From Escherichia coli 042 (GTDB taxonomy: Bacteria; Pseudomonadota; Gammaproteobacteria; Enterobacterales; Enterobacteriaceae), in assembly GCF_000027125.1 (NCBI RefSeq), contig NC_017626.1: 64,000 nucleotides of DNA; one strand, given 5' to 3'. The notes under the pieces are model-generated. The model had not been told where the DNA came from. It searched no databases and was given only the letters and a program-made list of their open reading frames with translations. Positions 1-10,971 of this stretch are shown here, one piece after another. Every line of letters begins with the position of its first letter. Position 1 is the stretch's first letter. A program made the position numbers and the translations under genes.

Positions 1-36
1 CATTAAAAGCAACAGGAGTACCGCACTGGTACTCCT
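1..36 (-). terminator. Putative rho-independent terminator downstream of yhiD
   Basis: Hairpin ggagtacc/ggtactcc (15-35) followed on the minus strand by a U-rich tract; sits just 3' of the yhiD stop. Confidence 0.45.
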
Positions 37-57
37 GCGAATAAATAACTATACAGA

Positions 58-705
58 TTAGCTAATTGAAACGCCTTTCACCCCTGCCATACCTTTTAAT
101 AATCGCAACAGATCTTCTATCGACGTTGTGGCATGAAGCTGGATATCAATGGCGACCACTTCATGATCTTCATTTTCCTGCAACGAAACTAAATCAGTTT
201 TTATTTTTTGCTGCTTAAACCAGTCGAGCATTGACACCGTATTACCGTTCACTAATGTCAGCTGTAAATGGTAATTTTTGTTCATCAGGCGGAAGGTTAA
301 TTGATGGAAGACTTCCAGCACCAGTAAGGTCATCACTGAACCATAAATGCCCAGTTCGTACATACCGCTACCAATAACCATACCAATGGCGGCGGTCACC
401 CAGATATCCGCTGCCGTCGTCAGACCTACAATATTTTGGTTACGAACGAGAATGTTACCTGCACCGATAAACCCGACGCCCGTCACCACCTGAGCAGCAA
501 TACGGCTGGGGTCCAGTCCGACGTGATCTAAAGACAGCACGTCAGCAAAACCATATTTCGAAACAATCATAAACAGGGCGCTTCCCATGCCAATTAATAC
601 ATGTGTGCGTAACCCTGCTCCTTTGCCGCGCATTTGCCTTTCCATGCCAATAGCGCCACAGGCAATTGCTGCGAGTATAAGACGTATAATAAATTCTGCT
701 GTCAT
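58..705 (-). CDS. yhiD: MgtC-family inner membrane protein YhiD
   Basis: ORF 58..717 trimmed to the ATG at 703-705 (MTAEFIIRL...); the ORF-track start at 717 is a TTG. 215 aa, MgtC-like hydrophobic protein in the expected position next to hdeB. Confidence 0.9.
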   Translation of the reverse strand: MTAEFIIRLILAAIACGAIGMERQMRGKGAGLRTHVLIGMGSALFMIVSKYGFADVLSLDHVGLDPSRIAAQVVTGVGFIGAGNILVRNQNIVGLTTAADIWVTAAIGMVIGSGMYELGIYGSVMTLLVLEVFHQLTFRLMNKNYHLQLTLVNGNTVSMLDWFKQQKIKTDLVSLQENEDHEVVAIDIQLHATTSIEDLLRLLKGMAGVKGVSIS

Positions 706-768
706 ATAAAAATGCAAAAAGGAGCAGCAAGATGGCTCAACTTGCTACTCCTTTTTACTTGTACCTCA

Positions 769-1095
769 TTAATTCGGCAAGTCATTAGATGCTTGATTTT
801 TGAAGGTATACAAATTTTTCTGCGGGTTTTTCTTGCAGTATTCGATCACTTTAGGAATTTGAGTGAGATCGGTTTCATTTAAAGTAACGGTATCGCCACC
901 TTTATATACTGTTTCTTCATGCAGCATCCACCATGCAACCGGTGTCATGGCTTTTGGATTCAGATCAATAAATTCCTGGCAGGTCATATCTTTAGCGGAT
1001 TCATTGGCTGCCAGCGCAGATTGTGCGTTCACCAGTGACAAAGCCGCTACAGCGCCCATAAAAATAAACGCTTTACGGAGAGATGAAATATTCAT
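769..1095 (-). CDS. hdeB: Periplasmic acid-stress chaperone HdeB
   Basis: ORF 769..1107 trimmed to the ATG at 1093-1095 (MNISSLRKAFIFMGAVAALSLVNAQSALA, signal peptide); 108 aa; immediately downstream of hdeA on the same strand. Confidence 0.93.
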   Translation of the reverse strand: MNISSLRKAFIFMGAVAALSLVNAQSALAANESAKDMTCQEFIDLNPKAMTPVAWWMLHEETVYKGGDTVTLNETDLTQIPKVIEYCKKNPQKNLYTFKNQASNDLPN

Positions 1096-1210
1096 TTTGT
1101 AACCCATTCAATATAGAGATTATATATGAACAGGAGGAATAGCTGCTTTTAAAGAAGATATTCCGGCCTGTTCAATATGCAAGGAAGTACGATGTAACGC
1201 ATTCCCGGAA

Positions 1211-1543
1211 TTACATATCTTTCTTAATTTTGTCCCATTCGCCTTTAACTTTATCTTTAAAGTTGGCTTGTTTATCCTGAGTACAAGCCTGAACGATAGC
1301 TGGGGTTACGGTTGCAATACCCTGAACATCTAAAACCGCATCTTCTGGTTTATCTTTGTTGTTCAGCGCTTCAGCAAAACCAACTGCAGTTGGCTGGAAG
1401 GATTCGTCCACAGCCAGGAAATCTTCACAGGTCCAGGAGTTGACCGGTTTTTTGTTATCAGCTGCTTTTTGCGCATCCGCTGCATTGCTCACAACTGGCA
1501 GAAGAAGCAGACCACCAAGAATAACGCCTAATACTTTTTTCAT
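1211..1543 (-). CDS. hdeA: Periplasmic acid-stress chaperone HdeA
   Basis: 110-aa ORF MKKVLGVILGGLLLLPVVSNAADAQKAADNKKPVNSWTCEDFL... matching HdeA; signal peptide present. Confidence 0.95.
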   Translation of the reverse strand: MKKVLGVILGGLLLLPVVSNAADAQKAADNKKPVNSWTCEDFLAVDESFQPTAVGFAEALNNKDKPEDAVLDVQGIATVTPAIVQACTQDKQANFKDKVKGEWDKIKKDM

Positions 1544-1797
1544 CGTAATATCCTCAACTATAAAGTGAAAGAGCCGTCACGAATCAATTTCGACACTGAG
1601 GTTATAACCTGGTTTTCTGTATATGTCATGTTGATGGAAAATATCAAAATCAGATATTTTTATTTCAATACAATGAGTTACAGATGCATCAGATACTGTA
1701 ATTAGGAAATTTTTATTAAATCGACTGCATTCTTAGACGCGTTTTTGGCATAGATTGATAGCAGGGGATTTTCTTCTTAATTTTATAGGGTGGTTCT

Positions 1798-2370
1798 ATG
1801 TTATATATAGATAAGGCAACAATTTTGAAGTTTGATCTGGAGATGCTGAAAAAGCATCGCAGAGCAATCCAGTTTATTGCCGTGTTGCTGTTTATCGTCG
1901 GGTTGCTGTGTATCAGTTTCCCGTTCGTCTCTGGCGATATTTTAAGCACGGTAGTGGGTGCATTATTAATATGCTCGGGCGTTGCGCTTATTGTTGGATT
2001 ATTCAGCAACCGCAGTCATAATTTCTGGCCGGTATTATCCGGTTTCCTCGTCGCAGTCGCCTATTTATTGATCGGCTATTTCTTCATCCGCGCACCGGAG
2101 CTGGGCATTTTTGCCATTGCGGCATTTATTGCCGGTTTGTTCTGTGTTGCAGGGGTTATTCGCCTGATGAGTTGGTATCGTCAGCGTTCAATGAAAGGCA
2201 GCTGGCTACAGCTCGTTATTGGTGTGCTGGATATCGTCATTGCCTGGATATTCCTTGGTGCAACGCCGATGGTGTCTGTAACTTTGGTTTCCACACTGGT
2301 GGGTATTGAACTGATATTTAGCGCCGCCAGCCTGTTCAGCTTCGCCAGTTTGTTCGTTAAGCAGCAATAA
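1798..2370 (+). CDS. hdeD: Acid-resistance membrane protein HdeD
   Basis: 190-aa multi-TM ORF divergent from hdeAB; matches HdeD. Confidence 0.93.
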   Translation: MLYIDKATILKFDLEMLKKHRRAIQFIAVLLFIVGLLCISFPFVSGDILSTVVGALLICSGVALIVGLFSNRSHNFWPVLSGFLVAVAYLLIGYFFIRAPELGIFAIAAFIAGLFCVAGVIRLMSWYRQRSMKGSWLQLVIGVLDIVIAWIFLGATPMVSVTLVSTLVGIELIFSAASLFSFASLFVKQQ

Positions 2371-3166
2371 TTATCCCAGTTGTCACCCGGATCATAGTCA
2401 CTTGATGTGACTATGATCCGATTAATACTCTCTCCGCTACACAGCGTTGTAGATCAATTGCGCACTATCATTGAAATAATTACCTGCTGATGATTATTTC
2501 AACCTACTGAATTTCATCTGATTTTTTCATTCCATGGCAAATTAGCCATTTCAAACATTATCATGGCTGATATTTTCCGTAGTCAGGTTTAATGTTTTAA
2601 AAGTGCTGTGGGAAAGTGAACAAAGAGTTCCGTAAGCGTTGATGCTATGGGCGGTTAAATAAGTAATCCGGGTTCATTTTTTGCAACAGGCGTTGATTAC
2701 ATTGCATAAATATCCGTGTCTCCAGACGCTATATAAAAACCTGAAGACATGAATGAGTTATTTACTCAGGTAATTTCAATGCGTTAAAAGAAAGCTGGCA
2801 ATCCAATTGCCAGCTTAAGTCGAAACAAGGAGACTCGATATTTAAATCGGATTACATTTTAACTTTAGTAATATTCTTCAGAGATCACAAACTGGTTATT
2901 GATAACTTATTCTTGGGCAGTAATCCGCAAACGTTAACTTTTTGTTTACTATTTACAAACTGTTAACAACCAGGAATCTTACTTAGGATCAATATATGGA
3001 GTGCGTGATGGATAAATCTGAAGTATTGATTAGTGTTAATAAACGTATTAGTTCACGAAGGGCAAAGTTCTTATAGGCGTTTACTATATTGAACAACGAT
3101 TCGGACAAGGATGTAAATAATGAAAAGGATGACATGTGCGAAACGATAACGGCTAAGGAGCAAGTT

Positions 3167-3694
3167 ATGATTTTTCTCATGACGAAAGATTCTTTTCTTT
3201 TACAGGGCTTTTGGCAGTTGAAAGATAATCACGAAATGATAAAAATCAATTCCCTGTCAGAGATCAAAAAAGTAGGCAATAAACCCTTCAAGGTTATCAT
3301 TGATACCTATCACAATCATATCCTTGATGAAGAAGCGATTAAATTTCTGGAGAAATTAGATGCCGAGAGAATTATTGTTTTGGCACCTTATCACATCAGT
3401 AAACTAAAAGCTAAAGCGCCTATTTATTTTGTCAGCCGCAAAGAAAGTATCAAAAATCTTCTTGAGATTACTTATGGTAAACACTTGCCCCATAAGAATT
3501 CACAATTATGTTTTTCACATAATCAGTTCAAAATTATGCAACTGATTCTGAAAAATAAAAATGAAAGCAATATCACGTCGACGCTCAATATTTCGCAACA
3601 AACATTAAAGATTCAGAAATTCAACATTATGTACAAGCTGAAACTAAGACGTATGAGCGACATCGTCACCCTGGGTATCACATCTTATTTTTAG
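3167..3694 (+). CDS. gadE: LuxR-family acid-resistance master regulator GadE
   Basis: ORF 3089..3694 trimmed to the ATG at 3167 (MIFLMTKDSFLLQGFWQL...), preceded by AAGGAG at 3155-3160; 175 aa with C-terminal LuxR-type HTH. Confidence 0.93.
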   Translation: MIFLMTKDSFLLQGFWQLKDNHEMIKINSLSEIKKVGNKPFKVIIDTYHNHILDEEAIKFLEKLDAERIIVLAPYHISKLKAKAPIYFVSRKESIKNLLEITYGKHLPHKNSQLCFSHNQFKIMQLILKNKNESNITSTLNISQQTLKIQKFNIMYKLKLRRMSDIVTLGITSYF

Positions 3695-4032
3695 TCAGGA
3701 CATAAGCAACTGAAATTGATGGCTGGCATGACGAGGGATGCAGATGCTGATTTCATTACCCCCGGTGATTACTAAAGGAGAGGCGAAAACGACTTTATTC
3801 CCCTGGTATGTGTATCCACCAGTAGAACCCTTCGTTGCCCGAATGCTGGCAGGAACTGTTGGCAGAACGGCAACATTTTTTTTGTCGTTGACCTCACCAT
3901 GTCGATCACTATGCCTGTATCCCACCTTACTGGCTGACAACCCCACTATGCCGCTGGTCTGTAAATCCCTCATATCTCTCCTCGCGCGCAATTTAAAGAA
4001 CCGTTATTTCTCAAGAATTTTCAGGGACTAAA

Positions 4033-5190
4033 ATGAACAGAAGAAGAAAGCTGTTAATACCGTTGTTATTCTGCGGCGCGATGCTCACCGCCTGCGATGA
4101 CAAATCGGCGGAAAACGCCGCCGCCATGACGCCTGAGGTCGGTGTCGTCACGCTCTCCCCCGGTTCGGTCAATGTGTTGAGCGAATTACCCGGTAGAACC
4201 GTTCCTTATGAAGTTGCCGAGATACGTCCCCAGGTGGGCGGTATTATCATTAAACGCAACTTTATCGAAGGCGATAAAGTGAACCAGGGCGATTCGCTGT
4301 ATCAGATTGATCCTGCACCTTTACAGGCCGAGCTGAACTCCGCCAAAGGCACGCTGGCGAAAGCGCTCTCTACCGCCAGCAATGCCCGCATCACCTTTAA
4401 CCGCCAGGCATCGTTGCTGAAGACCAACTACGTTAGCCGTCAGGATTACGACACCGCGCGCACCCAGTTGAATGAAGCAGAAGCCAATGTCACCGTCGCC
4501 AAAGCGGCTGTTGAACAGGCGACTATCAACCTGCAATACGCAAATGTCACCTCGCCGATTACGGGCGTCAGCGGGAAATCGTCGGTGACCGTCGGCGCAC
4601 TCGTTACCGCTAATCAGGCAGATTCGCTGGTTACCGTACAACGTCTGGACCCGATTTATGTCGATCTCACGCAGTCGGTGCAGGATTTCTTGCGTATGAA
4701 AGAAGAGGTCGCCAGTGGGCAAATCAAACAGGTTCAGGGCAGTACGCCAGTACAGCTCAATCTGGAAAATGGTAAACGTTACAGCCAGACCGGCACGCTG
4801 AAATTCTCCGACCCGACGGTGGATGAAACCACGGGCTCCGTGACGTTACGGGCGATTTTCCCCAACCCAAATGGTGACTTGCTGCCTGGCATGTATGTCA
4901 CGGCATTAGTGGATGAAGGTAGCCGCCAGAATGTATTACTGGTGCCGCAGGAAGGTGTCACCCACAACGCCCAGGGTAAAGCAACGGCGCTCATTCTGGA
5001 TAAAGACGATGTTGTGCAGCTACGCGAAATTGAAGCCAGCAAAGCCATCGGCGACCAGTGGGTCGTCACCTCTGGCTTACAGGCTGGCGATCGGGTGATT
5101 GTTTCCGGTTTGCAACGCATTCGTCCGGGTATCAAAGCACGAGCAATTTCCTCCAGCCAGGAAAACGCCAGCACCGAATCGAAACAATAA
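4033..5190 (+). CDS. mdtE: RND efflux periplasmic adaptor (membrane fusion lipoprotein) MdtE
   Basis: 385-aa ORF with lipoprotein signal (LLFCGAMLTAC) and membrane-fusion-protein features; directly upstream of the RND pump gene. Confidence 0.95.
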   Translation: MNRRRKLLIPLLFCGAMLTACDDKSAENAAAMTPEVGVVTLSPGSVNVLSELPGRTVPYEVAEIRPQVGGIIIKRNFIEGDKVNQGDSLYQIDPAPLQAELNSAKGTLAKALSTASNARITFNRQASLLKTNYVSRQDYDTARTQLNEAEANVTVAKAAVEQATINLQYANVTSPITGVSGKSSVTVGALVTANQADSLVTVQRLDPIYVDLTQSVQDFLRMKEEVASGQIKQVQGSTPVQLNLENGKRYSQTGTLKFSDPTVDETTGSVTLRAIFPNPNGDLLPGMYVTALVDEGSRQNVLLVPQEGVTHNAQGKATALILDKDDVVQLREIEASKAIGDQWVVTSGLQAGDRVIVSGLQRIRPGIKARAISSSQENASTESKQ

Positions 5191-5214
5191 CGTTGCAGGC
5201 TTAAGGGGACTTTC

Positions 5215-8200
5215 ATGGCTAACTATTTTATTGATCGCCCGGTTTTTGCCTGGGTACTTGCCATTATTATGATGCTTGCAGGCGGTCTGGCGATCATGAA
5301 CTTACCGGTTGCGCAGTATCCGCAGATTGCGCCACCGACCATTACCATCAGCGCTACCTATCCAGGTGCCGATGCGCAAACGGTAGAAGACTCGGTCACT
5401 CAGGTGATTGAGCAAAATATGAATGGGCTTGATGGCCTGATGTACATGTCTTCAACCAGTGATGCGGCGGGTAATGCCTCTATTACTCTGACCTTCGAGA
5501 CTGGGACATCTCCTGATATCGCACAGGTTCAGGTGCAAAATAAACTGCAGCTCGCTATGCCTTCATTACCTGAAGCGGTGCAGCAGCAGGGGATTAGCGT
5601 CGATAAGTCGAGCAGTAATATCCTGATGGTAGCGGCGTTTATTTCTGATAACGGCAGCCTCAACCAGTACGATATCGCGGACTATGTAGCGTCTAATATC
5701 AAAGACCCGCTAAGCCGTACCGCGGGCGTTGGTAGCGTACAGCTCTTTGGTTCCGAGTACGCCATGCGTATCTGGCTGGACCCGCAAAAACTCAATAAAT
5801 ACAATCTGGTACCTTCCGATGTTATTTCCCAGATTAAGGTGCAGAACAACCAGATTTCTGGTGGGCAATTGGGTGGCATGCCACAGGCGGCAGACCAGCA
5901 GCTAAACGCCTCGATCATTGTGCAGACGCGTCTGCAAACGCCGGAAGAATTTGGCAAAATCCTGTTGAAAGTTCAGCAAGATGGTTCGCAAGTGCTGCTG
6001 CGTGATGTCGCCCGCGTCGAACTTGGAGCGGAAGATTATTCCACCGTGGCGCGCTATAACGGCAAACCTGCTGCCGGGATCGCCATCAAACTGGCTACCG
6101 GAGCAAACGCCCTGGATACCTCGCGGGCAGTCAAAGAGGAGCTGAACCGCTTATCAGCCTATTTCCCCGCAAGTCTGAAGACGGTTTATCCTTACGACAC
6201 CACGCCGTTTATCGAAATTTCTATTCAGGAAGTTTTTAAAACACTGGTTGAGGCTATCATCCTCGTCTTCCTGGTCATGTATCTGTTTTTGCAGAATTTC
6301 CGTGCCACAATCATCCCGACGATTGCCGTACCGGTGGTTATTCTCGGGACGTTTGCGATCTTGTCGGCGGTCGGTTTCACCATCAACACGTTAACTATGT
6401 TCGGGATGGTGCTGGCGATAGGGTTACTGGTGGATGACGCCATCGTGGTGGTGGAGAACGTCGAGCGTGTCATTGCGGAAGATAAGCTACCGCCGAAGGA
6501 AGCAACGCATAAATCGATGGGGCAGATCCAACGTGCGCTGGTCGGGATTGCCGTTGTTCTTTCCGCAGTGTTTATGCCGATGGCCTTTATGAGCGGTGCA
6601 ACCGGGGAGATCTACCGCCAGTTCTCCATCACGCTGATCTCCTCCATGCTGCTTTCAGTATTTGTGGCAATGAGCCTGACCCCTGCCCTGTGCGCCACCA
6701 TTCTGAAAGCCGCGCCGGAAGGCGGTCATAAACCTAACGCCCTGTTCGCACGCTTCAACACGCTGTTTGAAAAATCAACTCAGCACTATACCAATAGCAC
6801 CCGCTCGCTGTTGCGTTGTACCGGTCGCTACATGGTGGTCTACCTGCTGATTTGCGCCGGGATGGCGGTGCTGTTCCTGCGTACGCCGACCTCTTTCTTA
6901 CCAGAAGAGGATCAGGGGGTATTTATGACCACCGCGCAGTTACCTTCCGGTGCCACCATGGTTAACACCACGAAAGTGCTGCAACAGGTGACGGATTATT
7001 ATCTGACTAAAGAGAAAGATAATGTTCAGTCGGTGTTTACCGTTGGCGGCTTTGGCTTCAGCGGCCAGGGGCAAAACAACGGTCTGGCGTTTATCAGCCT
7101 CAAACCGTGGTCTGAACGTGTCGGTGAGGAAAACTCGGTTACCGCGATCATTCAGCGGGCAATGATTGCGTTAAGCAGTATCAATAAAGCCGTCGTCTTC
7201 CCGTTCAACTTACCCGCGGTGGCTGAACTGGGTACCGCGTCAGGTTTTGATATGGAACTGCTGGACAACGGCAACCTGGGGCACGAAAAACTGACCCAGG
7301 CGCGAAACGAGCTATTATCACTGGCAGCGCAATCACCGAATCAAGTCACCGGGGTACGTCCGAACGGACTGGAAGATACGCCGATGTTCAAAGTGAACGT
7401 CAACGCCGCGAAAGCTGAGGCAATGGGTGTGGCGCTGTCTGATATCAACCAGACAATTTCCACCGCCTTCGGCAGCAGCTACGTGAACGACTTCCTCAAC
7501 CAGGGGCGGGTGAAAAAAGTGTATGTCCAGGCAGGCACGCCGTTCCGTATGTTGCCGGATAACATCAACCAATGGTATGTACGCAACGCCTCTGGCACGA
7601 TGGCACCGCTTTCGGCCTATTCGTCTACCGAATGGACCTATGGTTCACCGCGACTGGAACGCTACAACGGCATCCCGTCAATGGAGATTTTAGGTGAAGC
7701 GGCGGCCGGGAAAAGTACCGGTGACGCCATGAAATTTATGGCAGACCTGGTCGCTAAACTTCCGGCAGGCGTCGGCTACTCATGGACCGGACTGTCGTAT
7801 CAGGAAGCGTTATCCTCAAATCAGGCTCCCGCGCTGTATGCCATTTCACTGGTCGTGGTGTTCCTCGCCCTCGCCGCACTTTATGAGAGCTGGTCAATTC
7901 CGTTCTCGGTGATGTTGGTTGTACCGTTAGGCGTCGTTGGCGCATTACTGGCCACCGATCTACGCGGCTTAAGTAATGACGTCTACTTCCAGGTTGGTTT
8001 GCTGACCACCATCGGGCTTTCCGCCAAAAACGCCATCCTGATTGTCGAATTTGCCGTTGAGATGATGCAGAAAGAAGGGAAAACGCCGATAGAGGCGATC
8101 ATCGAAGCGGCGCGAATGCGTTTACGCCCAATCCTGATGACCTCTCTGGCCTTTATTCTCGGCCTGCTGCCGCTGGTTATCAGTCATGGTGCCGGTTCTG

Positions 8201-8328
8201 GCGCGCAAAACGCGGTAGGTACCGGCGTGATGGGCGGGATGTTTGCCGCAACAGTGCTGGCAATTTACTTCGTTCCGGTCTTTTTCGTTGTAGTGGAACA
8301 TCTCTTTGCCCGCTTTAAAAAAGCGTAA
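5215..8328 (+). CDS. mdtF: RND multidrug efflux transporter MdtF
   Basis: 1037-aa ORF, AcrB-like 12-TM RND permease ([28 protein letters not shown]...). Confidence 0.96.
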   Translation: MANYFIDRPVFAWVLAIIMMLAGGLAIMNLPVAQYPQIAPPTITISATYPGADAQTVEDSVTQVIEQNMNGLDGLMYMSSTSDAAGNASITLTFETGTSPDIAQVQVQNKLQLAMPSLPEAVQQQGISVDKSSSNILMVAAFISDNGSLNQYDIADYVASNIKDPLSRTAGVGSVQLFGSEYAMRIWLDPQKLNKYNLVPSDVISQIKVQNNQISGGQLGGMPQAADQQLNASIIVQTRLQTPEEFGKILLKVQQDGSQVLLRDVARVELGAEDYSTVARYNGKPAAGIAIKLATGANALDTSRAVKEELNRLSAYFPASLKTVYPYDTTPFIEISIQEVFKTLVEAIILVFLVMYLFLQNFRATIIPTIAVPVVILGTFAILSAVGFTINTLTMFGMVLAIGLLVDDAIVVVENVERVIAEDKLPPKEATHKSMGQIQRALVGIAVVLSAVFMPMAFMSGATGEIYRQFSITLISSMLLSVFVAMSLTPALCATILKAAPEGGHKPNALFARFNTLFEKSTQHYTNSTRSLLRCTGRYMVVYLLICAGMAVLFLRTPTSFLPEEDQGVFMTTAQLPSGATMVNTTKVLQQVTDYYLTKEKDNVQSVFTVGGFGFSGQGQNNGLAFISLKPWSERVGEENSVTAIIQRAMIALSSINKAVVFPFNLPAVAELGTASGFDMELLDNGNLGHEKLTQARNELLSLAAQSPNQVTGVRPNGLEDTPMFKVNVNAAKAEAMGVALSDINQTISTAFGSSYVNDFLNQGRVKKVYVQAGTPFRMLPDNINQWYVRNASGTMAPLSAYSSTEWTYGSPRLERYNGIPSMEILGEAAAGKSTGDAMKFMADLVAKLPAGVGYSWTGLSYQEALSSNQAPALYAISLVVVFLALAALYESWSIPFSVMLVVPLGVVGALLATDLRGLSNDVYFQVGLLTTIGLSAKNAILIVEFAVEMMQKEGKTPIEAIIEAARMRLRPILMTSLAFILGLLPLVISHGAGSGAQNAVGTGVMGGMFAATVLAIYFVPVFFVVVEHLFARFKKA

Positions 8329-8340
8329 CGTGTAAATGAG

Positions 8341-8380
8341 AGTAAGGTTGAACGTGAGGGTTCAGCCTTACTCTTTCCTG
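8341..8380 (+). terminator. Putative intrinsic terminator after mdtF
   Basis: Inverted repeat agtaaggttgaac / gttcagccttact followed by a T-rich tract, 13 nt after the mdtF stop. Confidence 0.4.
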
Positions 8381-8690
8381 CCAACCATTCACCACTCAAC
8401 AACCAGCTAACCGTCAGGAATACCAGGCTTAGTACACAGCACTGAAAGTAGAAACCACTCCAGCCATTCGTCATCAATTTGAATAACACAATAGTGACCC
8501 ACATTCCCGTAATCGTATGAATTGTCAGCTTAATAATCCCAAACATGCCGAGTCTTTTCCTCCTGAAAATACCTATACCGCCTGGCAAACTGCGAAAGAG
8601 AACTAGCCGGTAGCCCGGCAGAAATCATCAGGGAAGAGTTTCACATGAAGCAGGTGTGAGATCCTGACCAATATTCAAATGCAAAATATG

Positions 8691-9419
8691 TCAGGAAAAG
8701 GTACCTGGCGAATGTTGCGCAAACTGATGTGGCGTTACACCATAATATTGTCGAAATGTGTTTATAAAGTACGATGTACTGCTATAGCCACATTTTTCCG
8801 CAATAGTATGCAGAGGAATTTGACGTAACTCGAGTAATCGTCTGGCCATCGACATCCTGGAGGCGAGTAATATTTTACTGAAACAGGTATTTTCATCCTG
8901 CAACTTTTTTTTGATTAGACTCTCGCTGGTATACATTCTTTCCGCGATATCGCGCAGATACCAACGTTTAGCGATATCAAAGCTAATAAGGCGTTCAACT
9001 TTTCCTGAAACAGTACTGATACTATTGAAAAGTAAGGGGATCAGTTCTTTCTTATGAGAAAACATCGATAAACAGGAAAGATAGAGCATTTTGCTCAGTA
9101 TCGGCGAATTTACCCCGGAGTCATTGAAACTATCAAAAATCGCCGTCACCAGCGGCATGGGGGGTGACTGGTTAATTAACAGACGGTCTTTGCTATGTAA
9201 CCCTAAATTGCGTGGTATCTGACGAATATTTTGTAAGTAATGGCAAACTGTCAGCTCATCGATATCCAGTCGTCGCGTATCCGGTGAACAAAACGCAAAA
9301 TCGTCTGCCAAATTTTTATCCAGTAACAGGATACTCTCGTTGTGCAACGATATTTTTTGCTGTTCATGATAAATATCGAATGAACGACGAACGAGGATCA
9401 CCGAGCAGACATGAGTCAT
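8691..9419 (-). CDS. gadW: AraC-family acid-resistance regulator GadW
   Basis: 242-aa ORF with C-terminal AraC-type HTH (…YFINTFRQYYGVTPHQFAQHSPGTFS). Confidence 0.94.
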   Translation of the reverse strand: MTHVCSVILVRRSFDIYHEQQKISLHNESILLLDKNLADDFAFCSPDTRRLDIDELTVCHYLQNIRQIPRNLGLHSKDRLLINQSPPMPLVTAIFDSFNDSGVNSPILSKMLYLSCLSMFSHKKELIPLLFNSISTVSGKVERLISFDIAKRWYLRDIAERMYTSESLIKKKLQDENTCFSKILLASRMSMARRLLELRQIPLHTIAEKCGYSSTSYFINTFRQYYGVTPHQFAQHSPGTFS

Positions 9420-9665
9420 GACTATCCCTTATATTTCATTACTGCGATTATTTCAATTTCAGTATACTAATGAAATGATGCCAGACTGTTTCTTAGCGCA
9501 AAAACTGCCAGATTTGGTAGGACCAAAATTTATCCACAAAGTAGTTTTGCATAACAGTTAATTGATAATAAGTAAATGCAACACGAATATATTTTCGCAC
9601 AGCGTATAGCTTATGTTTATAAAAAAATGGCTGATCTTATTTCCAGTAAAAGTTATATTTAACTT

Positions 9666-9771
9666 ACTGAGAGCACAAAGTTTCCCGTGCCAACAGGGAG
9701 TGTTATAACGGTTTATTAGTCTGGAGACGGCAGACTATCCTCTTCCCGGTCCCCTATGCCGGGTTTTTTTT
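9666..9771 (+). ncRNA. gadY: Small regulatory RNA GadY, cis-antisense to the gadX 3' UTR
   Basis: Sequence actgagagcacaaagtttcccgtgccaacagggagtgttataacgg...cccggtcccctatgccgggtttttttt matches the GadY sequence as I recall it and ends in a GC hairpin plus T8 terminator on the plus strand, in the gadX-gadW intergenic region. Confidence 0.75.
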
Positions 9772-9787
9772 ATGTCTGAGTAAAACT

Positions 9788-10612
9788 CTATAATCTTATT
9801 CCTTCCGCAGAACAGTCAGTGCCGTAAAAATTCCCTTGCGCAACAATACTTGCCGCCGAGTCACGGTTCGACAATCCCTGCGCCGATCGCTCCTGATACT
9901 CTGTGGGCGTCATCCCATAATAATTTCGAAAGACGTAAATGAAATACGACACGCTGTGATATCCACAGGACACTGCGACTCGCTTAATTGAAAAGCCATG
10001 TATAACAATAAGTTGCAAAGCATGTTGCATTCTACACTCAGTAAGCAACTGTGAATATGAAGTCTCTTCTTCGCGCAATTTTTTCTTTAACAGGCTTGGA
10101 CTCATCAACAGCTCGCTGGCGATTCGGGCTAGTGTCCACTCATGGGCGATATTATTATTGATAACCGTACAAACTCGTGTTCGCATGTTCGGTTGCAAAA
10201 CGTTCAGAAGTAGCGGTATAAACTGCTCATCCTCCAGAAAAACAGATAACAGCGCAAAGATTAATGCTCTTTTACGTAGCGTTTCTGCATAGCGAAGATT
10301 CTTATTCTGCGATAGTTGCGCAACTTCCTGAAAAACAGGAATATCTCTGGTACAGTGATGAACGAGTAATGAAGGAACTTTTTTATGTGCATGAAGTTTT
10401 AATGCCTCCTCCTTGAGCATCGGGAGAAATAATGAAAGCGTATCCCTTGAAACTAATATGAAATGTTCACCACACTTATCTACTCGAATTTGGCTTGCAT
10501 CCGCAAAAACCAGGTCACCGCCATTAAAATAGCGATATTCACCATTAACCATGGTGAGAATATATTTATGTCTTGCGTACGCAATTAGACAATTCCCATG
10601 TAGTGATTGCAT
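9788..10612 (-). CDS. gadX: AraC-family acid-resistance regulator GadX
   Basis: 274-aa ORF MQSLHGNCLIAYARHKYILTMVNGEYRY... with C-terminal AraC HTH. Confidence 0.94.
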   Translation of the reverse strand: MQSLHGNCLIAYARHKYILTMVNGEYRYFNGGDLVFADASQIRVDKCGEHFILVSRDTLSLFLPMLKEEALKLHAHKKVPSLLVHHCTRDIPVFQEVAQLSQNKNLRYAETLRKRALIFALLSVFLEDEQFIPLLLNVLQPNMRTRVCTVINNNIAHEWTLARIASELLMSPSLLKKKLREEETSYSQLLTECRMQHALQLIVIHGFSIKRVAVSCGYHSVSYFIYVFRNYYGMTPTEYQERSAQGLSNRDSAASIVAQGNFYGTDCSAEGIRL

Positions 10613-10912
10613 AGTTGGCTTAATATTACATAAACATATTACTGTTTATTAATGTAGCACGCCGCCCTCTTAAGTCAAATTGATTGATAAATAAATTTTA
10701 ACGAAGCGGGAAAACAGGATGATAATCTACGGGCAGGATGACTGGATTTATAATACAAAAGGCGCGCTTAAGAACGCAGTGAAATTAATAATAAGCAAAT
10801 AATACCTTGTAGTGACATGAAAAATATCCGTTACATTGAATAAACATTCATATAACATATATCTTATCAACACGATGAATAGACAGCCAATATATTATTG
10901 CGATTAATAAGC

Positions 10913-10958
10913 AACCGAATGCCCAACTGTTTTTTAAAGGTTGGGCATTCGGTTTTTA
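10913..10958 (-). terminator. Putative terminator downstream of gadA
   Basis: Perfect 14-15 bp inverted repeat aaccgaatgcccaac / gttgggcattcggtt between the gadA stop and the gadX start. Confidence 0.5.
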
Positions 10959-10971
10959 CAACGTTATGTTA

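Noticed and set aside
3695-4031. Two mutually overlapping ~97-aa ORFs in the gadE-mdtE spacer
   Set aside because: They overlap each other on opposite strands and lack start-site support; the region is more plausibly untranslated operon spacer.
8265-8588. 107-aa minus-strand ORF in the mdtF-gadW intergenic region with a hydrophobic stretch
   Set aside because: It overlaps the mdtF 3' end and its terminator hairpin and has no convincing RBS. A small membrane protein cannot be excluded, but there is no positive evidence.
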